A DNA stretch of 64,000 nt from Deinococcales bacterium (GTDB lineage Bacteria > Deinococcota > Deinococci > Deinococcales > JAAFIG01), in NCBI GenBank assembly GCA_043778225.1, contig JAYWGM010000015.1, forward strand, positions 1 to 64,000. The letters are read 5' to 3'. The number at the start of each line of letters is the position of its first letter. Position 1 is the first letter of the stretch. Position numbers and translations under genes: made by a program. The notes under the pieces are model-generated. The model ran no database searches and was not told where the DNA came from. It was given only the letters and a program-made list of their open reading frames with translations. Positions 9,383-19,839 of this stretch are shown piece by piece.

Positions 9383-9970
9383 GTGCGACCTCGAGTGATT
9401 ATTGTGGATGACCACCCGCTTTTTCGGGTCGGTTTAAGTTATGCCCTAAAAGCCCTTGATTTCCATGTGGTTGCTGAAGCCATAGATGGCGCAGATGGCG
9501 TGCGGCGTTGTCTCGAGTTGCAGCCCGATGCGGTGCTGCTGGATGCCAAAATGCCAATTATGGATGGCTTAGAAGCCTGCCGTCAAATTCATGCTGCCCA
9601 ACCCGAAATTCGGATTTTGATGTTGACCACTTTTTCCGAAGCCGCCTTGGTTCACGCGGCTCGAGTGGCTGGGGCAATTGGTTTTGTCTCCAAAGAAACC
9701 GAAGCCTTGCGCCTTGCCGATTTAATTCGTAAAGCCATCGCCGACCCAAACTTTGTGCATTTCCCAAAAATAGACCTACCTAAACTTTCAAACCGAGAAC
9801 TCGAGGTGCTAAGAAGCATGGTACTTGGGCGCAGCAACAAAGAAATTGCCAAAGAACTCGGGCTGAGTCCAGACACGATCAAAGACCACCTCGAGAATGT
9901 TTACCGAAAACTCGAGGCGCAAGACCGAGTGACCGCCAGCCAACGCGCTCGAGATTTGGGGTTTGTGTAA
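9383..9970 (+). CDS. NarL/LuxR-family response regulator
   Basis: IIVDDHP, LLDAKMP receiver domain, LSNRELEVL...SNKEIA HTH. Start reassigned to GTG at 9383. Confidence 0.93.
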   Translation: MRPRVIIVDDHPLFRVGLSYALKALDFHVVAEAIDGADGVRRCLELQPDAVLLDAKMPIMDGLEACRQIHAAQPEIRILMLTTFSEAALVHAARVAGAIGFVSKETEALRLADLIRKAIADPNFVHFPKIDLPKLSNRELEVLRSMVLGRSNKEIAKELGLSPDTIKDHLENVYRKLEAQDRVTASQRARDLGFV

Positions 9971-10055
9971 AGAGCATAGGGTTAAAAGGGAAAAGGTTAA
10001 AAGTAAAGCGGTTTTAACTTTTAACCTTTTCTACTTTTTACCTTTTTCCCCTGCT
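9971..10055. repeat. Purine/pyrimidine heptamer-type hairpin repeat between convergent genes (probable terminator)
   Basis: AGAGCATAGGGTTAAAAGGGAAAAGGTTAAAAG...CTTTTAACCTTTT...CCCCTGCT; same ends as 19668..19822. Confidence 0.7.
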
Positions 10056-10056
10056 T

Positions 10057-11553
10057 CTAGTGTTTGAAATGTCTCGAGCCAGTCAAGACCATACTGATGC
10101 CCAGTTCGTCGCAGGCAGCAATCACTTCTGGGTCTCGTTTTGCTCCTCCGGGTTGTAAGATTGCCACCACGCCAGCTTTGGCGGCTAGGCGCACAACATC
10201 ATCGAATGGAAAGAAGGCTTCGGATGCCAAGACGCTGCCGCTTGCTTTTGTACCAGCGTTGCCAATGGCGCGTTCGGCTGCCCAAATGCGGCTGACTGCA
10301 CCAGCCCCTAAACCAACCGTGACGCTATTTTTGACCAACACAACATTGTTGCTTTTGGCGTGTTTGGTGATGTAAAAAGCAAACTCGAGGTCTTGCCATT
10401 CTGCGGCGGTGGGTTGGCGCTGGGTCACGACTTCCGGACACAGGTCTGACCAAACCCTCGAGTCACGATTTTGCACCAAAAATCCACCCGCCATTTGTTT
10501 GTACTCGAGGCTTGAGAAAGCATTCTTTCCGGCTTCTAAAACCCGCAAATCTGGCTTTTTGGCTTTGAACCACTCGAGCGCGTCGGGTGTAATTTGGGGG
10601 GCAATTAAAACCTCTAAAAATGTGCCTTTGGTAGCCTGTGCCACCTCGAGTGTGACAGGGCGGTTGAGCGCTACCACACCGCCAAAAACCGAAAGTGTAT
10701 CGGCATCTCGAGCCAATTCCCACGCTGTTTGGGGGTTGTGTGCAAGTGCCACACCGCATGGATTGGCGTGTTTGACCGCCACACAAGCCGGACTCGAGAA
10801 CTCTGAAACCAGCGCCCAAGCGGCATCTGCATCGGCATAATTGTTAAATCCCATCTCTTTGCCAGACAGCACCAGCGCATCCATAACTGTGCCTTGTTCG
10901 TCACCAAAACGGTAAAGCGCGGCTTGTTGGTGCGGGTTTTCGCCGTAGCGTAAAGTTTTTAAGTGGCTTAACTCGAGTGGTTGCTGAGCGTTAAAAGTTT
11001 GGTGGCTTAAATAGTTGGCAATCGCGGCATCATAACTGCTGGTGTGGGCAAAGGCTTTTCGCGCCAAGGCTTGGCGTTCTATCAGACTTGGCTTGAGGTT
11101 CTCGAGGATGCTTGGGTAGTCTTGAGGGTCTACAACCACCAGTACATTCAAAAAGTTTTTGGCACTGGCACGAATCATCGCAGGACCACCGATGTCAATA
11201 TTCTCGAGGGCTACTTCTAAAGTCACATTTTGGCGAACAGTCTCGCGGAACGGGTACAGATTGACACAAACCAAATCAAAGCGTTCAATGCCCAGTGTTT
11301 TGAGTTCAGCATTGTGTTCGGGCGTATTTTTTGCCAGAATTCCAGCATGAATTTTTGGATGCAGTGTCTTGACTCGCCCCTCGAGAATTTCTGGGAAACC
11401 TGTTACGTCAGATACATATGTGACAGGTAGATTGGCTTTCTCTAGGACCGAAAATGTGCCGCCGGTCGAAACCAAGCTAAACCCTTGCTCGAGTAGACCA
11501 CGCGCAAAATCCAGCAAACCACTTTTATCACTGACACTCAGTAATGCTCTCAC
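10057..11553 (-). CDS. purH: Bifunctional AICAR transformylase/IMP cyclohydrolase
   Basis: RALLSVSDK, GRVKTLHP, LRYGENPHQ, KHANPCG, RHFKH end. Confidence 0.98.
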   Translation of the reverse strand: MRALLSVSDKSGLLDFARGLLEQGFSLVSTGGTFSVLEKANLPVTYVSDVTGFPEILEGRVKTLHPKIHAGILAKNTPEHNAELKTLGIERFDLVCVNLYPFRETVRQNVTLEVALENIDIGGPAMIRASAKNFLNVLVVVDPQDYPSILENLKPSLIERQALARKAFAHTSSYDAAIANYLSHQTFNAQQPLELSHLKTLRYGENPHQQAALYRFGDEQGTVMDALVLSGKEMGFNNYADADAAWALVSEFSSPACVAVKHANPCGVALAHNPQTAWELARDADTLSVFGGVVALNRPVTLEVAQATKGTFLEVLIAPQITPDALEWFKAKKPDLRVLEAGKNAFSSLEYKQMAGGFLVQNRDSRVWSDLCPEVVTQRQPTAAEWQDLEFAFYITKHAKSNNVVLVKNSVTVGLGAGAVSRIWAAERAIGNAGTKASGSVLASEAFFPFDDVVRLAAKAGVVAILQPGGAKRDPEVIAACDELGISMVLTGSRHFKH

Positions 11554-11569
11554 AAGAACTCCTTAAAAG

Positions 11570-11644
11570 TGACCCAGGCGAGCGATCTCAAAAAGTTACA
11601 GCTTCCCCACGGATTGCCCGTGTTTTTCGCCAGTTGCTGCAATT
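11570..11644 (-). ncRNA. ZMP/ZTP (pfl) riboswitch
   Basis: Minus strand reads TTGCAGC-AACTGGCGAAAAA-CACGG-GCAAT-CCGTG-GGGAA-GCTGTAA...GATCGCTCGCCTGGGTC. It has P1, CUGGCG, P2 and a 3' CGCCUGGG hairpin, directly upstream of the purH RBS. Confidence 0.88.
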
Positions 11645-11731
11645 GCTTGATTCTACTTATTTCTCGAGGGACGCTCAAGTTCTAAAGCCTAGGTCATCCA
11701 ATCCAGACTTGCGTTGCGTACACAAAGATGT

Positions 11732-12343
11732 ATGAAAAACTTAAATCGTCGGAATTTTGTCAAAGTCCTTGCTGCCGCTCTTCCTGCTGGTATCGCCTTA
11801 GACTTAGGGTCTCGAGCCGTGGCACAAAGCGTGGCTGGCGACGTTGAAATCCTCAATCTTGCACTGACAGCCGAATACCTTGCTACTGATATTTACTACA
11901 AAGTGGTTTTTTGTGGTTTTGATGGACTGGTTAAAGAGTACATAGATGCCGCCAGAGACCAAGAAAACGAACACGTCACGGCTTTGCAAAACACCATCCG
12001 TGCTTTGGGTGGTACAGTCGCCAAGCGCCCAGAATTTGTCTATCCAGTCGAGTTTAATGCTAAAACTCAAATCCCAGTCTTGCGGGTCATGAATGCACTC
12101 GAGGATGCTTTTGTTGGTGCGTACCTTGGTGCATTGCCTTTGATCCAAAATAAGGATGTCTTGGCTGCCGCTGGTGCAATCATGGGCAACGAAGCCACCC
12201 ACCGTTGCTTGATTCGCCAGAGTCGAATTAACTTGGGCGATAGCACCGTGACGGGCTTACAAGTTGGCAACGACCGTGCTTACGAAAAAGCCATTACCCC
12301 AGCCCAAGCCTTAGCAGCCGTTGGTGGCTTTGTTAAGAAATAA
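11732..12343 (+). CDS. Tat-exported ferritin-like domain protein
   Basis: NRRNFVK twin-arginine signal; ALTAEY, ENEH, LED, EATH di-iron-type ligands. Confidence 0.85.
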   Translation: MKNLNRRNFVKVLAAALPAGIALDLGSRAVAQSVAGDVEILNLALTAEYLATDIYYKVVFCGFDGLVKEYIDAARDQENEHVTALQNTIRALGGTVAKRPEFVYPVEFNAKTQIPVLRVMNALEDAFVGAYLGALPLIQNKDVLAAAGAIMGNEATHRCLIRQSRINLGDSTVTGLQVGNDRAYEKAITPAQALAAVGGFVKK

Positions 12344-12371
12344 AAACGGATGTTTGGGAGCATAAGGAGAG

Positions 12372-12402
12372 GAGAGAAAAGCGTTTTGCTTTTCTCTTTT
12401 TT
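12372..12402. terminator. Hairpin terminator between convergent genes
   Basis: AGAGAAAAGC-GTTTT-GCTTTTCTCT followed by a T run. Confidence 0.65.
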
Positions 12403-13567
12403 AGATTCCTAAAATATACGGCGTATCCTGAATTGGAGTGGTTACTCGAGCGCCATTCTCGAGCAGCAGCACATTGACTTCAGTGCGAACGCCAAGGTGT
12501 TCTAAGTACACGCCGGGTTCGATCGTCACGGCGGTGCGTGGAATCAGTAAGCGTGTATCGTGCGTCTCGAGGTTGTCGAGGTTTGCGCCGTCACCGTGGG
12601 CATGATTGCGCCCGAGGCTATGCCCAAGGCGGTGCGTAAAAGCATCTCCGTACCCAGCAGCATGGATTATATCTCGAGCCGCTTTGTCCGCCATCCAGCC
12701 CTGTAAATTATTTTGGGTGGTGAGCATTTTTATGGCAATGTCTCGAGCCTCAGCTACACACGCCCAGATTTTAAGGTATTCGCTGCTTGGCTGCCCAGCA
12801 AAGCCAACAAAAGTCACATCTGCCATCGGTCGGTCTGGAATCCCCGCCCACAAATCTATCAGCACACACTGTCCCTTCTCGAGGCTGCGGTTGGATTCGG
12901 GCGTAATTTCGTAGTGTGGGTCGCCAGCGTGACCACCAAAGCTGACATTGGCGGGATGGTCGGCGCGTAGACCATCCTCGAGAAAAAACTGCATAATTAA
13001 ATTTTGAACCTCGAGTTCGGTGATGGCTTGTTGGGCTTTTAGACGTTGGTCAATCAGGGCGAAAGCCGCATCTTTGGCGCGAATCACAGCCGTCACGGCT
13101 TTTTGATGCTCGGTTTCGTCGGTGTTGTCCCACGTCAGCCAGCCTTGCAGCATATTGGCGCTCGAGACAATTTCTACGCCATGTTCACGGACGCGCTCGA
13201 GTGTTCCCGCATCTATTCGGCTAACATAAGGCACGCTGCCGCGTGGGCTGTACTCCATCGCAATTTTTTGGCTGCCGTGCAGCATTTGACCCAGTGCTGC
13301 ATCCAGTTCTTGGTGGCTCGAGTAAACAATGCGGTTTACGTTTTCGCCGCCCAAGAGTTTCCCCCAAGTTCCAGCTTCGATGCGGTGACAAATCAGGGTT
13401 GGCGTACCGTGGCTTGGCACATATAAAAACCAGCGTCTCGAGAGAAAACTTTTGCCGTTAAAACCCAGCAGTTGCAGTGCCAAGGGGTTAATGCCACGAA
13501 AATCGTAAAGTAACCAGCCGTCAAGTCCAGCATCCAATGCTGCTAATGCAATTTTTTCTAAGGTCAT
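12401..13567 (-). CDS. M24-family Xaa-Pro aminopeptidase
   Basis: PHY, IDLW..ADVT, HRLGH, IEPGVY, RTE metal ligands. Confidence 0.92.
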   Translation of the reverse strand: MTLEKIALAALDAGLDGWLLYDFRGINPLALQLLGFNGKSFLSRRWFLYVPSHGTPTLICHRIEAGTWGKLLGGENVNRIVYSSHQELDAALGQMLHGSQKIAMEYSPRGSVPYVSRIDAGTLERVREHGVEIVSSANMLQGWLTWDNTDETEHQKAVTAVIRAKDAAFALIDQRLKAQQAITELEVQNLIMQFFLEDGLRADHPANVSFGGHAGDPHYEITPESNRSLEKGQCVLIDLWAGIPDRPMADVTFVGFAGQPSSEYLKIWACVAEARDIAIKMLTTQNNLQGWMADKAARDIIHAAGYGDAFTHRLGHSLGRNHAHGDGANLDNLETHDTRLLIPRTAVTIEPGVYLEHLGVRTEVNVLLLENGARVTTPIQDTPYILGI

Positions 13568-13622
13568 GGCAATAGTTTACCGCAATTTCGTTTTCAAGGC
13601 TGGCTCGCGTATACTCGAGCCA

Positions 13623-15572
13623 ATGAACATTGACATTGCGCTCAGTAAGGTTTTTCGCCTGACAAGTTTTCGTGTCGGGCAGCGTGAGGTCATCCAAGCG
13701 GCGGTGGCGGGTCGGGATGTGCTTGGCGTGATGCCAACCGGCGCGGGCAAAAGCCTGACCTATCAGCTTCCGGCAGTGGTGGCGACGGGTCTGACCGTCG
13801 TAGTCAGCCCGTTAATCGCTTTAATGCGCGACCAAGTGGCATCACTCGAGAAATTGGGTATTAAAGCTGTGGCACTGCATTCTGGATTATCCGAAGAAGA
13901 CCAAGAAAAAGCCTTGCGCTTGGCAAACAGTGTCAAGATGCTTTACCTTGCGCCCGAGCGATTGCGCTCCAAAGCGGTACTCGAGCGTTTACAGCAAGTC
14001 AACATCTCGAGGTTGGTGATCGACGAAGCCCACTGTGTAAGTCAGTGGGGTCATGATTTTCGCCCCGATTACCAACTGATGTCCGAGGCTCGAGTCGCTT
14101 TGGGCAATCCGCCCGTTACGGCGGTTACCGCTACTGCCACCCAAGAAGTGCAGCGCGATATTGCCGAATCCTTAAAACTCGAGAATCCGTACAAGTTGGT
14201 GACTGGTTTTGACCGTCCAAATCTGGCATACCGTGTCTGGGAGGTGCTGGGCGATGCCAGTAAACTCGAGGCGCTGCGTGAATTGGTGTTGCGCCTGCCC
14301 AAGCCCGGTTTGGTCTATGCTGGCACGCGCCGCGAAGCCGAGGAGTTGGCGCTCGATTTACAAAGTCTGGGAATTCGCGCCAGTGCCTACCATGCAGCCC
14401 TCGAGACCAGTGTCAGAAATGCAGTGCAGGATGCTTTTAAGCACGGTAAAATCGAGGTCGTGATTGCCACCAATGCCTTTGGTATGGGGGTGGACAAAAA
14501 AGATGTCCGTTTTGTGATTCATCACCGAATTCCGGGGACGTTAGAAGCCTATTACCAAGAAGCTGGGCGAGCCGGCAGAGATGGCAAGCCCGCTCAGTGT
14601 TGGTTGTTGTTTGACCCCAAAGACCGCGATTTGCAGGCGCATTTTATCGAAAACAGCACCCCCAGCCAACACGAATTAAAGCGCCTTTGGGCGTATTTTC
14701 ATGCGGCTCGAGACGAACAAAATCAGGTTTCGATTCGGATTTTTGACCTTGAGCGCAATTTACAAATCCCGAGCAATAAAATTCGGGTTGGCTATAATCA
14801 TCTCGAGACGGTTGGCGCATTAGAACGCTTGGCGGCACAGGGTGGTTTTTTACGTGCCAGAATTGCCGAAACTGCGCCTAACTTTAAGGTTAAAGCACTC
14901 GAAGACTTAAAACGCCATAAAAGCCAAATGCTCGAACAAATAATGAACTACGCGGCGGGCAAGACTTGCCGTGCCAAAGCGATTCTCGACTATTTTGGCG
15001 AGACCAAAGATTTTACAGTTTGTGGGCAATGCGACCTTGAAATTCCCAACCCAATGCCAATTTGGACTCGTCGGACTTTGGAGCATCTGCGTGGGGTCAA
15101 ATCCGATTTTTTCAAAAAACCTAACCTGATACGAATTGCCAAAGAAGTCAATCCCGCTTTTAGCAATCCAGAAGTCGAACGTTTGCTCGACCAACTGCGT
15201 TTTGATGGCTACTTGGATGGGACACAACTCTTGACCGCCAATGCTTTACAAGCGCTCGAGCAAACCCCGGAAATCAGTAAGCCGATGCTGCTTGAAGCCG
15301 CAGACAGCATTCTCGAGGATTTTAGGGCTGGGCTGACCTTGCCACAAATTGCCACGAAAAATGGTCTCAAAGAAACAATCATCGAAAAACGCCTAGAACG
15401 CGCTCTCGAGAAAGGCGAACTCGAGCCAAGCCAGTGTATTTCTAACCCTCGGCTCGAGCAAGTGCGGGTTATCGCCGAAGAAATTGGCTTTTCGCCGCTC
15501 GCTAAACTCAGTGCTGCCTTGCCAGCATTTTCCTTACTCGAGCTAAAAGCGGCTCGGAGGTTGCTCGAGTAG
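13623..15572 (+). CDS. recQ: RecQ-family ATP-dependent DNA helicase
   Basis: MPTGAGKS, DEAHCVSQWGHDFRP, YYQEAGRAGRDG, zinc motif. No HRDC domain evident. TATACT-N7-ATG supports the 13623 start. Confidence 0.9.
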   Translation: MNIDIALSKVFRLTSFRVGQREVIQAAVAGRDVLGVMPTGAGKSLTYQLPAVVATGLTVVVSPLIALMRDQVASLEKLGIKAVALHSGLSEEDQEKALRLANSVKMLYLAPERLRSKAVLERLQQVNISRLVIDEAHCVSQWGHDFRPDYQLMSEARVALGNPPVTAVTATATQEVQRDIAESLKLENPYKLVTGFDRPNLAYRVWEVLGDASKLEALRELVLRLPKPGLVYAGTRREAEELALDLQSLGIRASAYHAALETSVRNAVQDAFKHGKIEVVIATNAFGMGVDKKDVRFVIHHRIPGTLEAYYQEAGRAGRDGKPAQCWLLFDPKDRDLQAHFIENSTPSQHELKRLWAYFHAARDEQNQVSIRIFDLERNLQIPSNKIRVGYNHLETVGALERLAAQGGFLRARIAETAPNFKVKALEDLKRHKSQMLEQIMNYAAGKTCRAKAILDYFGETKDFTVCGQCDLEIPNPMPIWTRRTLEHLRGVKSDFFKKPNLIRIAKEVNPAFSNPEVERLLDQLRFDGYLDGTQLLTANALQALEQTPEISKPMLLEAADSILEDFRAGLTLPQIATKNGLKETIIEKRLERALEKGELEPSQCISNPRLEQVRVIAEEIGFSPLAKLSAALPAFSLLELKAARRLLE

Positions 15573-15573
15573 T

Positions 15574-16998
15574 TTATGCCAGCATGGTGGGCATCCGAAT
15601 GACGTTGGGTTGCCAATCCACCAGACTTTGCACTTCGCCATAAAGGTCGTACTCGTCGGCATCCTCGATTCGCACCCTCACCAAATCGCCAATTTTGATT
15701 TGCCCAGCGAACGTACCTGCGGCAATCAGCACTGTGCCATCAATTCCGGGGGCATCGCCTTTTGAGCGCCCAATCAATTTTGTGCCAGCAATTTCGTCGT
15801 CCTCGTCGTCGTTGTACTCATCTATAATGCACTCGAGAACCGTGCCAATTTTGGCTTGGCTTTTTTCAAAAGAAATTTGTTGCTGGACTGCCATCAGCTT
15901 TTCTTGCCGCTCGAGTTTGACGTTTTCGGGGACATGATGCTCGAGCAGGTTGGCATCTGCGCCATCCACTTGTGAGTAAGTAAAGCAGCCCACACGGTCA
16001 AGCCGAGCCTCGCGGATAAACTCGAGCAGCAGTTCAAAATCTTCCTCGGTTTCGCCGGGAAACCCAACAATAAAGGTGCTGCGTAGCACAATGTCTGGGC
16101 AGATTTCACGCCAACGCAGAATGGTGTCTAACTGCGTAGACCCGTACTCGCCGTCGGTACGTTTGCCAGCCCCCGGACGGCGCATCGCTTTGAGGATTTT
16201 TGGACTGGCGTGCTGCAACGGCACATCCAAGTACGGCAGAATTTTACCAGCCGCCATCAGCTTAACAATGTTTTCGATGTGCGGGTATGGATAAACATAA
16301 TGCAGCCGCACCCACGCGCCAAGTTCGCCAAGTTTGCTGCATAAGTCCACCAGATGCGCCACCACATTTGCGCCTTGGTACTCCGATTCACGGTGGCGAA
16401 TGTCCACCCCATATGCACTCGAGTCTTGGGAGATAATCAAAATTTCTTTGGTGCCACTCGAGACCAAGCGGTAAGATTCATACAAAATTTCGGCGGCATC
16501 TCGAGATTTTTGTAAGCCACGCAATTTGGGAATGATACAAAAACTACAGGTATGGTTGCAGCCTTCGGCAATTTTGACATAGGCATAATGCTTGGGAGTC
16601 AGTTTCACGCCAACTGGCAAAAGCTGGGTGAACGGGTTCTGGTCTGGTGGGATTTCTTGGTGCAGCGCCTTCATTACCCCTTCGATGTCGCCAGCCCCCG
16701 TGACGGCTAAAACATTGGGATGTCGGGCTTTTATCGTTTCGGGGCGCTCACCAAGGCAACCCGTGACTATCACTTTGCCCGTTTTCTCGAGTGCTTCACC
16801 AATGGCGCTTAGGCTTTCTTCGATGGCTGGGGTAATAAAACCACAAGTATTGACCACGACCACATCGGCATCTTCGTAGGTACTCGAGACCTCATAACCC
16901 TCTGCCCGAATCTGGGTTAAAATTCGCTCTGAGTCCACAAGGGCTTTGGGACAACCTAAACTGACAAATCCAACTTTTTTTGCAACTGCCATTTCCAT
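15574..16998 (-). CDS. rimO: Ribosomal protein S12 methylthiotransferase
   Basis: [26 protein letters not shown] radical-SAM motif, TRAM domain. Confidence 0.96.
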   Translation of the reverse strand: MEMAVAKKVGFVSLGCPKALVDSERILTQIRAEGYEVSSTYEDADVVVVNTCGFITPAIEESLSAIGEALEKTGKVIVTGCLGERPETIKARHPNVLAVTGAGDIEGVMKALHQEIPPDQNPFTQLLPVGVKLTPKHYAYVKIAEGCNHTCSFCIIPKLRGLQKSRDAAEILYESYRLVSSGTKEILIISQDSSAYGVDIRHRESEYQGANVVAHLVDLCSKLGELGAWVRLHYVYPYPHIENIVKLMAAGKILPYLDVPLQHASPKILKAMRRPGAGKRTDGEYGSTQLDTILRWREICPDIVLRSTFIVGFPGETEEDFELLLEFIREARLDRVGCFTYSQVDGADANLLEHHVPENVKLERQEKLMAVQQQISFEKSQAKIGTVLECIIDEYNDDEDDEIAGTKLIGRSKGDAPGIDGTVLIAAGTFAGQIKIGDLVRVRIEDADEYDLYGEVQSLVDWQPNVIRMPTMLA

Positions 16999-17074
16999 AA
17001 AAACCTCAATAAAAAGAGCTACTAGCTCAAATGGCTACCAGCTTACCTTAAAAATTTGGTGTGTTGTTTTCAAT

Positions 17075-18052
17075 TTATGGCAAATTGACGGTAATCGGGC
17101 TGCTGCCGCCTAAACGTTCTCGAGTCTGACCACCGACCACGGCGCTGACCAGACTTGGCTGACCAAGCCGAACCACAATTGGTGGCGTAAACTCGAGTTT
17201 ATCGCCGGGGCGTGGTTGCCCCTCGTAGAGCAATTTACCCGTGGCATCACGGACTCGAGTCCATGAACTGCCCCGATAAATCAGTTGGACTTTGCCCGTG
17301 CTGGCAGTTGCGCCTGCCACCGAAGGCAAGCGCTCGAGAACCACACTGAGGTTGCTGTCTATCAGCAAATCTCGGGTCGTGACATAGGGCTTAAAGCCCG
17401 CCTTCACGACCCGCAATTCACGACTGCCACGGCTCGAGACCAGTGCGTCTTTGAGTGGTGTTGTGCCAATGTTGTATTTATCGAGTTGTACCGTTGCACC
17501 ATTTGGGGTGCTGAGGACACTCAAGCGCACCATTCCTTCTTGTTGAACTGGAGGTTCGGGAATTGTGACTGTTTGGGTGGCTGGTCTGGCTTGACTGGTG
17601 CGAATCGGTAAACGCCCCGACTGGGAAAGAAAGTATGCCAAAACGCCAATCACGATTAAACCCACAAAACCCAAAATCCAAGGTACAAAATTGGTTCGTG
17701 GAAGGTCTTCTTGGCGAATCACGGGGGCAGATTCAATCACCGTGCGGACAGCACTTCGGGCAAGGGTTGGCGAACTGGCATTGGCAGCGATTCGTTCGTA
17801 AGCGGTCACAAAAGGTTCGGGGGCAAGCCCAACCACTTGGGCAAATTTTTGAATATACGAACGGGTATAAATCATCTCGGGCAAGGATTCATAACGCCCA
17901 GCCTCGATTTGCTCGAGTAAACTCGGACGCACCTTTAAGCGGTCTGCAACTTCTTCTAAGCTCATTCCTTTGGCTTCTCGAGCCTCTTTTAAGAGCGGTG
18001 CGAGATTCTCGCGGGTGATGTTCAAACGACCAACCAAATTATCTTCTTTCAT
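17075..18052 (-). CDS. RodZ-like HTH membrane protein with a PEGA domain
   Basis: N-terminal HTH (LKEAREAKGMSLEEVA...YTRSYI), single TM helix, STPNGATV...GTTP PEGA, SWTRVRD C-terminal domain. Confidence 0.8.
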   Translation of the reverse strand: MKEDNLVGRLNITRENLAPLLKEAREAKGMSLEEVADRLKVRPSLLEQIEAGRYESLPEMIYTRSYIQKFAQVVGLAPEPFVTAYERIAANASSPTLARSAVRTVIESAPVIRQEDLPRTNFVPWILGFVGLIVIGVLAYFLSQSGRLPIRTSQARPATQTVTIPEPPVQQEGMVRLSVLSTPNGATVQLDKYNIGTTPLKDALVSSRGSRELRVVKAGFKPYVTTRDLLIDSNLSVVLERLPSVAGATASTGKVQLIYRGSSWTRVRDATGKLLYEGQPRPGDKLEFTPPIVVRLGQPSLVSAVVGGQTRERLGGSSPITVNLP

Positions 18053-18948
18053 AATCCCTCGAGTCCAGCCAACGCCACGGACACCTCTCCCGCCAACCGA
18101 GCGTTATTTTGTAGCAGTCTACCGTTGACTTGCACTGTTTCGCCAGAGGATAAGCGTGCCAACTCGGCAAGTAAGAACGGAGTCAGGTGTTTGCCGTAAA
18201 CTTTTTGTTTACGCGCTTCGTGGTTGGCAGCTTCGACCCAGACTTGGACTTTTTCAAAGTCAATCCCTTGGTCTATTGGGTTGGTTACCAAAATGGCTTG
18301 GCGCATCTCGAGGTCACGGGCTGCCAGTTGGGCTTTGGCAATCTCGAGTGGCGAATCTAGTCGTGCTGCCACACTGTACGGGCTGCTTGGGGTATGAAAA
18401 GCGGGTAGAGAATCGGTTTTATAGCCAATCACGGGTACACCCAGTGTCTCGAGCCGTTCGATCGTGGCGTGTAAATTCAAAATACTTTTTGCACCAGCAC
18501 AGACCACGACAATTGGAATTCGGGCTAAAGCGGGTAAATCGGCGCTTTCGTCAAAAGCATCAAAATGTACCCCGCCAATGCCGCCAGTCGCAAAGACTTT
18601 GATGCCCGCTAAATGCGCCAGATGGGCTGTGGTCGCCACAGTTGTACCCGCACTGGCGTTTTTTGCGATGATGGCTGGCAAGTTCCACAACGAGACCTTC
18701 TCCATTTTTTCTTGGGCAAGGCGCTCGAGTTGGGCGTGCGTGCAACCGACTTGAATCTGACCATCCAAGACTGCAATCGTGGCTGGAATCGCCCCGGCTT
18801 CTCGTACCCGAGCCTCGAGTGCCAAGGCGGTCTCGAGGTTGGCTGGAAATGGCAGCCCATGGGTGATAACGGTGCTTTCAAGGGCGACAATAGGCTGTCG
18901 TTGCTCGAGGGCGGCAGCAACTTCGGGTGAAAACAAAAAATGTTTCAT
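18049..18948 (-). CDS. psuG: Pseudouridine-5'-phosphate glycosidase
   Basis: VALESTVITHG, ATGGIGGVH, DESADL, TPFLL. TAGACT-N5-ATG at 18948. Confidence 0.93.
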   Translation of the reverse strand: MKHFLFSPEVAAALEQRQPIVALESTVITHGLPFPANLETALALEARVREAGAIPATIAVLDGQIQVGCTHAQLERLAQEKMEKVSLWNLPAIIAKNASAGTTVATTAHLAHLAGIKVFATGGIGGVHFDAFDESADLPALARIPIVVVCAGAKSILNLHATIERLETLGVPVIGYKTDSLPAFHTPSSPYSVAARLDSPLEIAKAQLAARDLEMRQAILVTNPIDQGIDFEKVQVWVEAANHEARKQKVYGKHLTPFLLAELARLSSGETVQVNGRLLQNNARLAGEVSVALAGLEGL

Positions 18949-19044
18949 GCGCCAGTCTACCTTGTTTGAAGTGAGTACAAATTTAGACATGGCAATCACA
19001 CATGGACACAAATGCCCTTTTAGAAACGCGGTAGACTAACGAAT

Positions 19045-19668
19045 ATGTCAATTATTCCTTATGTGATTGAGCAAACTGGACGCGGTGAACGCGTTTACGA
19101 CATCTACTCGAGACTGCTCAAAGATCGCATTATCTTTGTCGGTACACCAATCGAAAGCCAAATGGCAAATACGGTGGTGGCACAGTTGCTGCTTTTGGAT
19201 TCACAAAACCCAGAGCGCGAAATCCAAATGTTTATTAACTGCCCCGGCGGCGAAGTCTATGCGGGTTTAGCCATTTACGACACCATGCAGTTTGTGCGTG
19301 CGCCCATCCGCACCACTTGCGTTGGCATCGCCATGAGCATGGGCAGTGTACTTTTAATGGCTGGCGAAAAAGGCAGACGCACCGCTTTACCCAACAGCCG
19401 AATCATGATTCATCAAGGCAGTGCTGGTTTTCGTGGCAATACCCCCGACCTCGAGGTACAAGCCAAAGAAGTGCTTGCCCTGCGTGACATCATGACTGGT
19501 TTATATGTCAAGCACACAGGTCAAAACACCGAAAAGCTGATGCGCGACATGGAACGCGATAACTTTATGACCCCCAACACCGCTAAAGAGTACGGCTTAA
19601 TAGACGAAGTGGTCGAAATTATGCCAAAAAGCCTTGGCGATGCGTTAAGAGGCTCAGATGAACTTTAA
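19045..19668 (+). CDS. clpP: ATP-dependent Clp protease proteolytic subunit
   Basis: [17 protein letters not shown] (catalytic Ser), MIHQ, ERD. Confidence 0.97.
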   Translation: MSIIPYVIEQTGRGERVYDIYSRLLKDRIIFVGTPIESQMANTVVAQLLLLDSQNPEREIQMFINCPGGEVYAGLAIYDTMQFVRAPIRTTCVGIAMSMGSVLLMAGEKGRRTALPNSRIMIHQGSAGFRGNTPDLEVQAKEVLALRDIMTGLYVKHTGQNTEKLMRDMERDNFMTPNTAKEYGLIDEVVEIMPKSLGDALRGSDEL

Positions 19669-19822
19669 GAGCATGGGGTTAAACGGTCAAAAGCGACCCA
19701 GCCCGACAGGTGCATCTTTAGGGTCAAGACAGCGACCCAGCCCGACAGGTGCATCTTTAGGGTCAAGAAAGGTCAAAAGGTCAAATCCCCTCTCTTTTTA
19801 CCCTTTAACCTTTTACCCTGCT
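19668..19822. repeat. Heptamer-type hairpin repeat hosting two 39-bp elements
   Basis: AGAGCATGGGGTTAAACGGTCAAAAG[78 bp]GTCAAAAGGTCAAA...CCTTTAACCTTTTACCCTGCT. Confidence 0.75.
19694..19771 (+). mobile_element. Two tandem 39-bp mini-elements (19694..19732 and 19733..19771)
   Basis: CGACCCAGCCCGACAGGTGCATCTTTAGGGTCAAGA(C/A)AG twice, one mismatch between copies. Confidence 0.85.
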
Positions 19823-19839
19823 CCGCAGGAGCGCTTCTA

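Noticed and set aside
19694..19771. 39-bp repeats as a CRISPR array
   Set aside because: The units are directly adjacent or nested with no unique spacers, and there are no cas genes.
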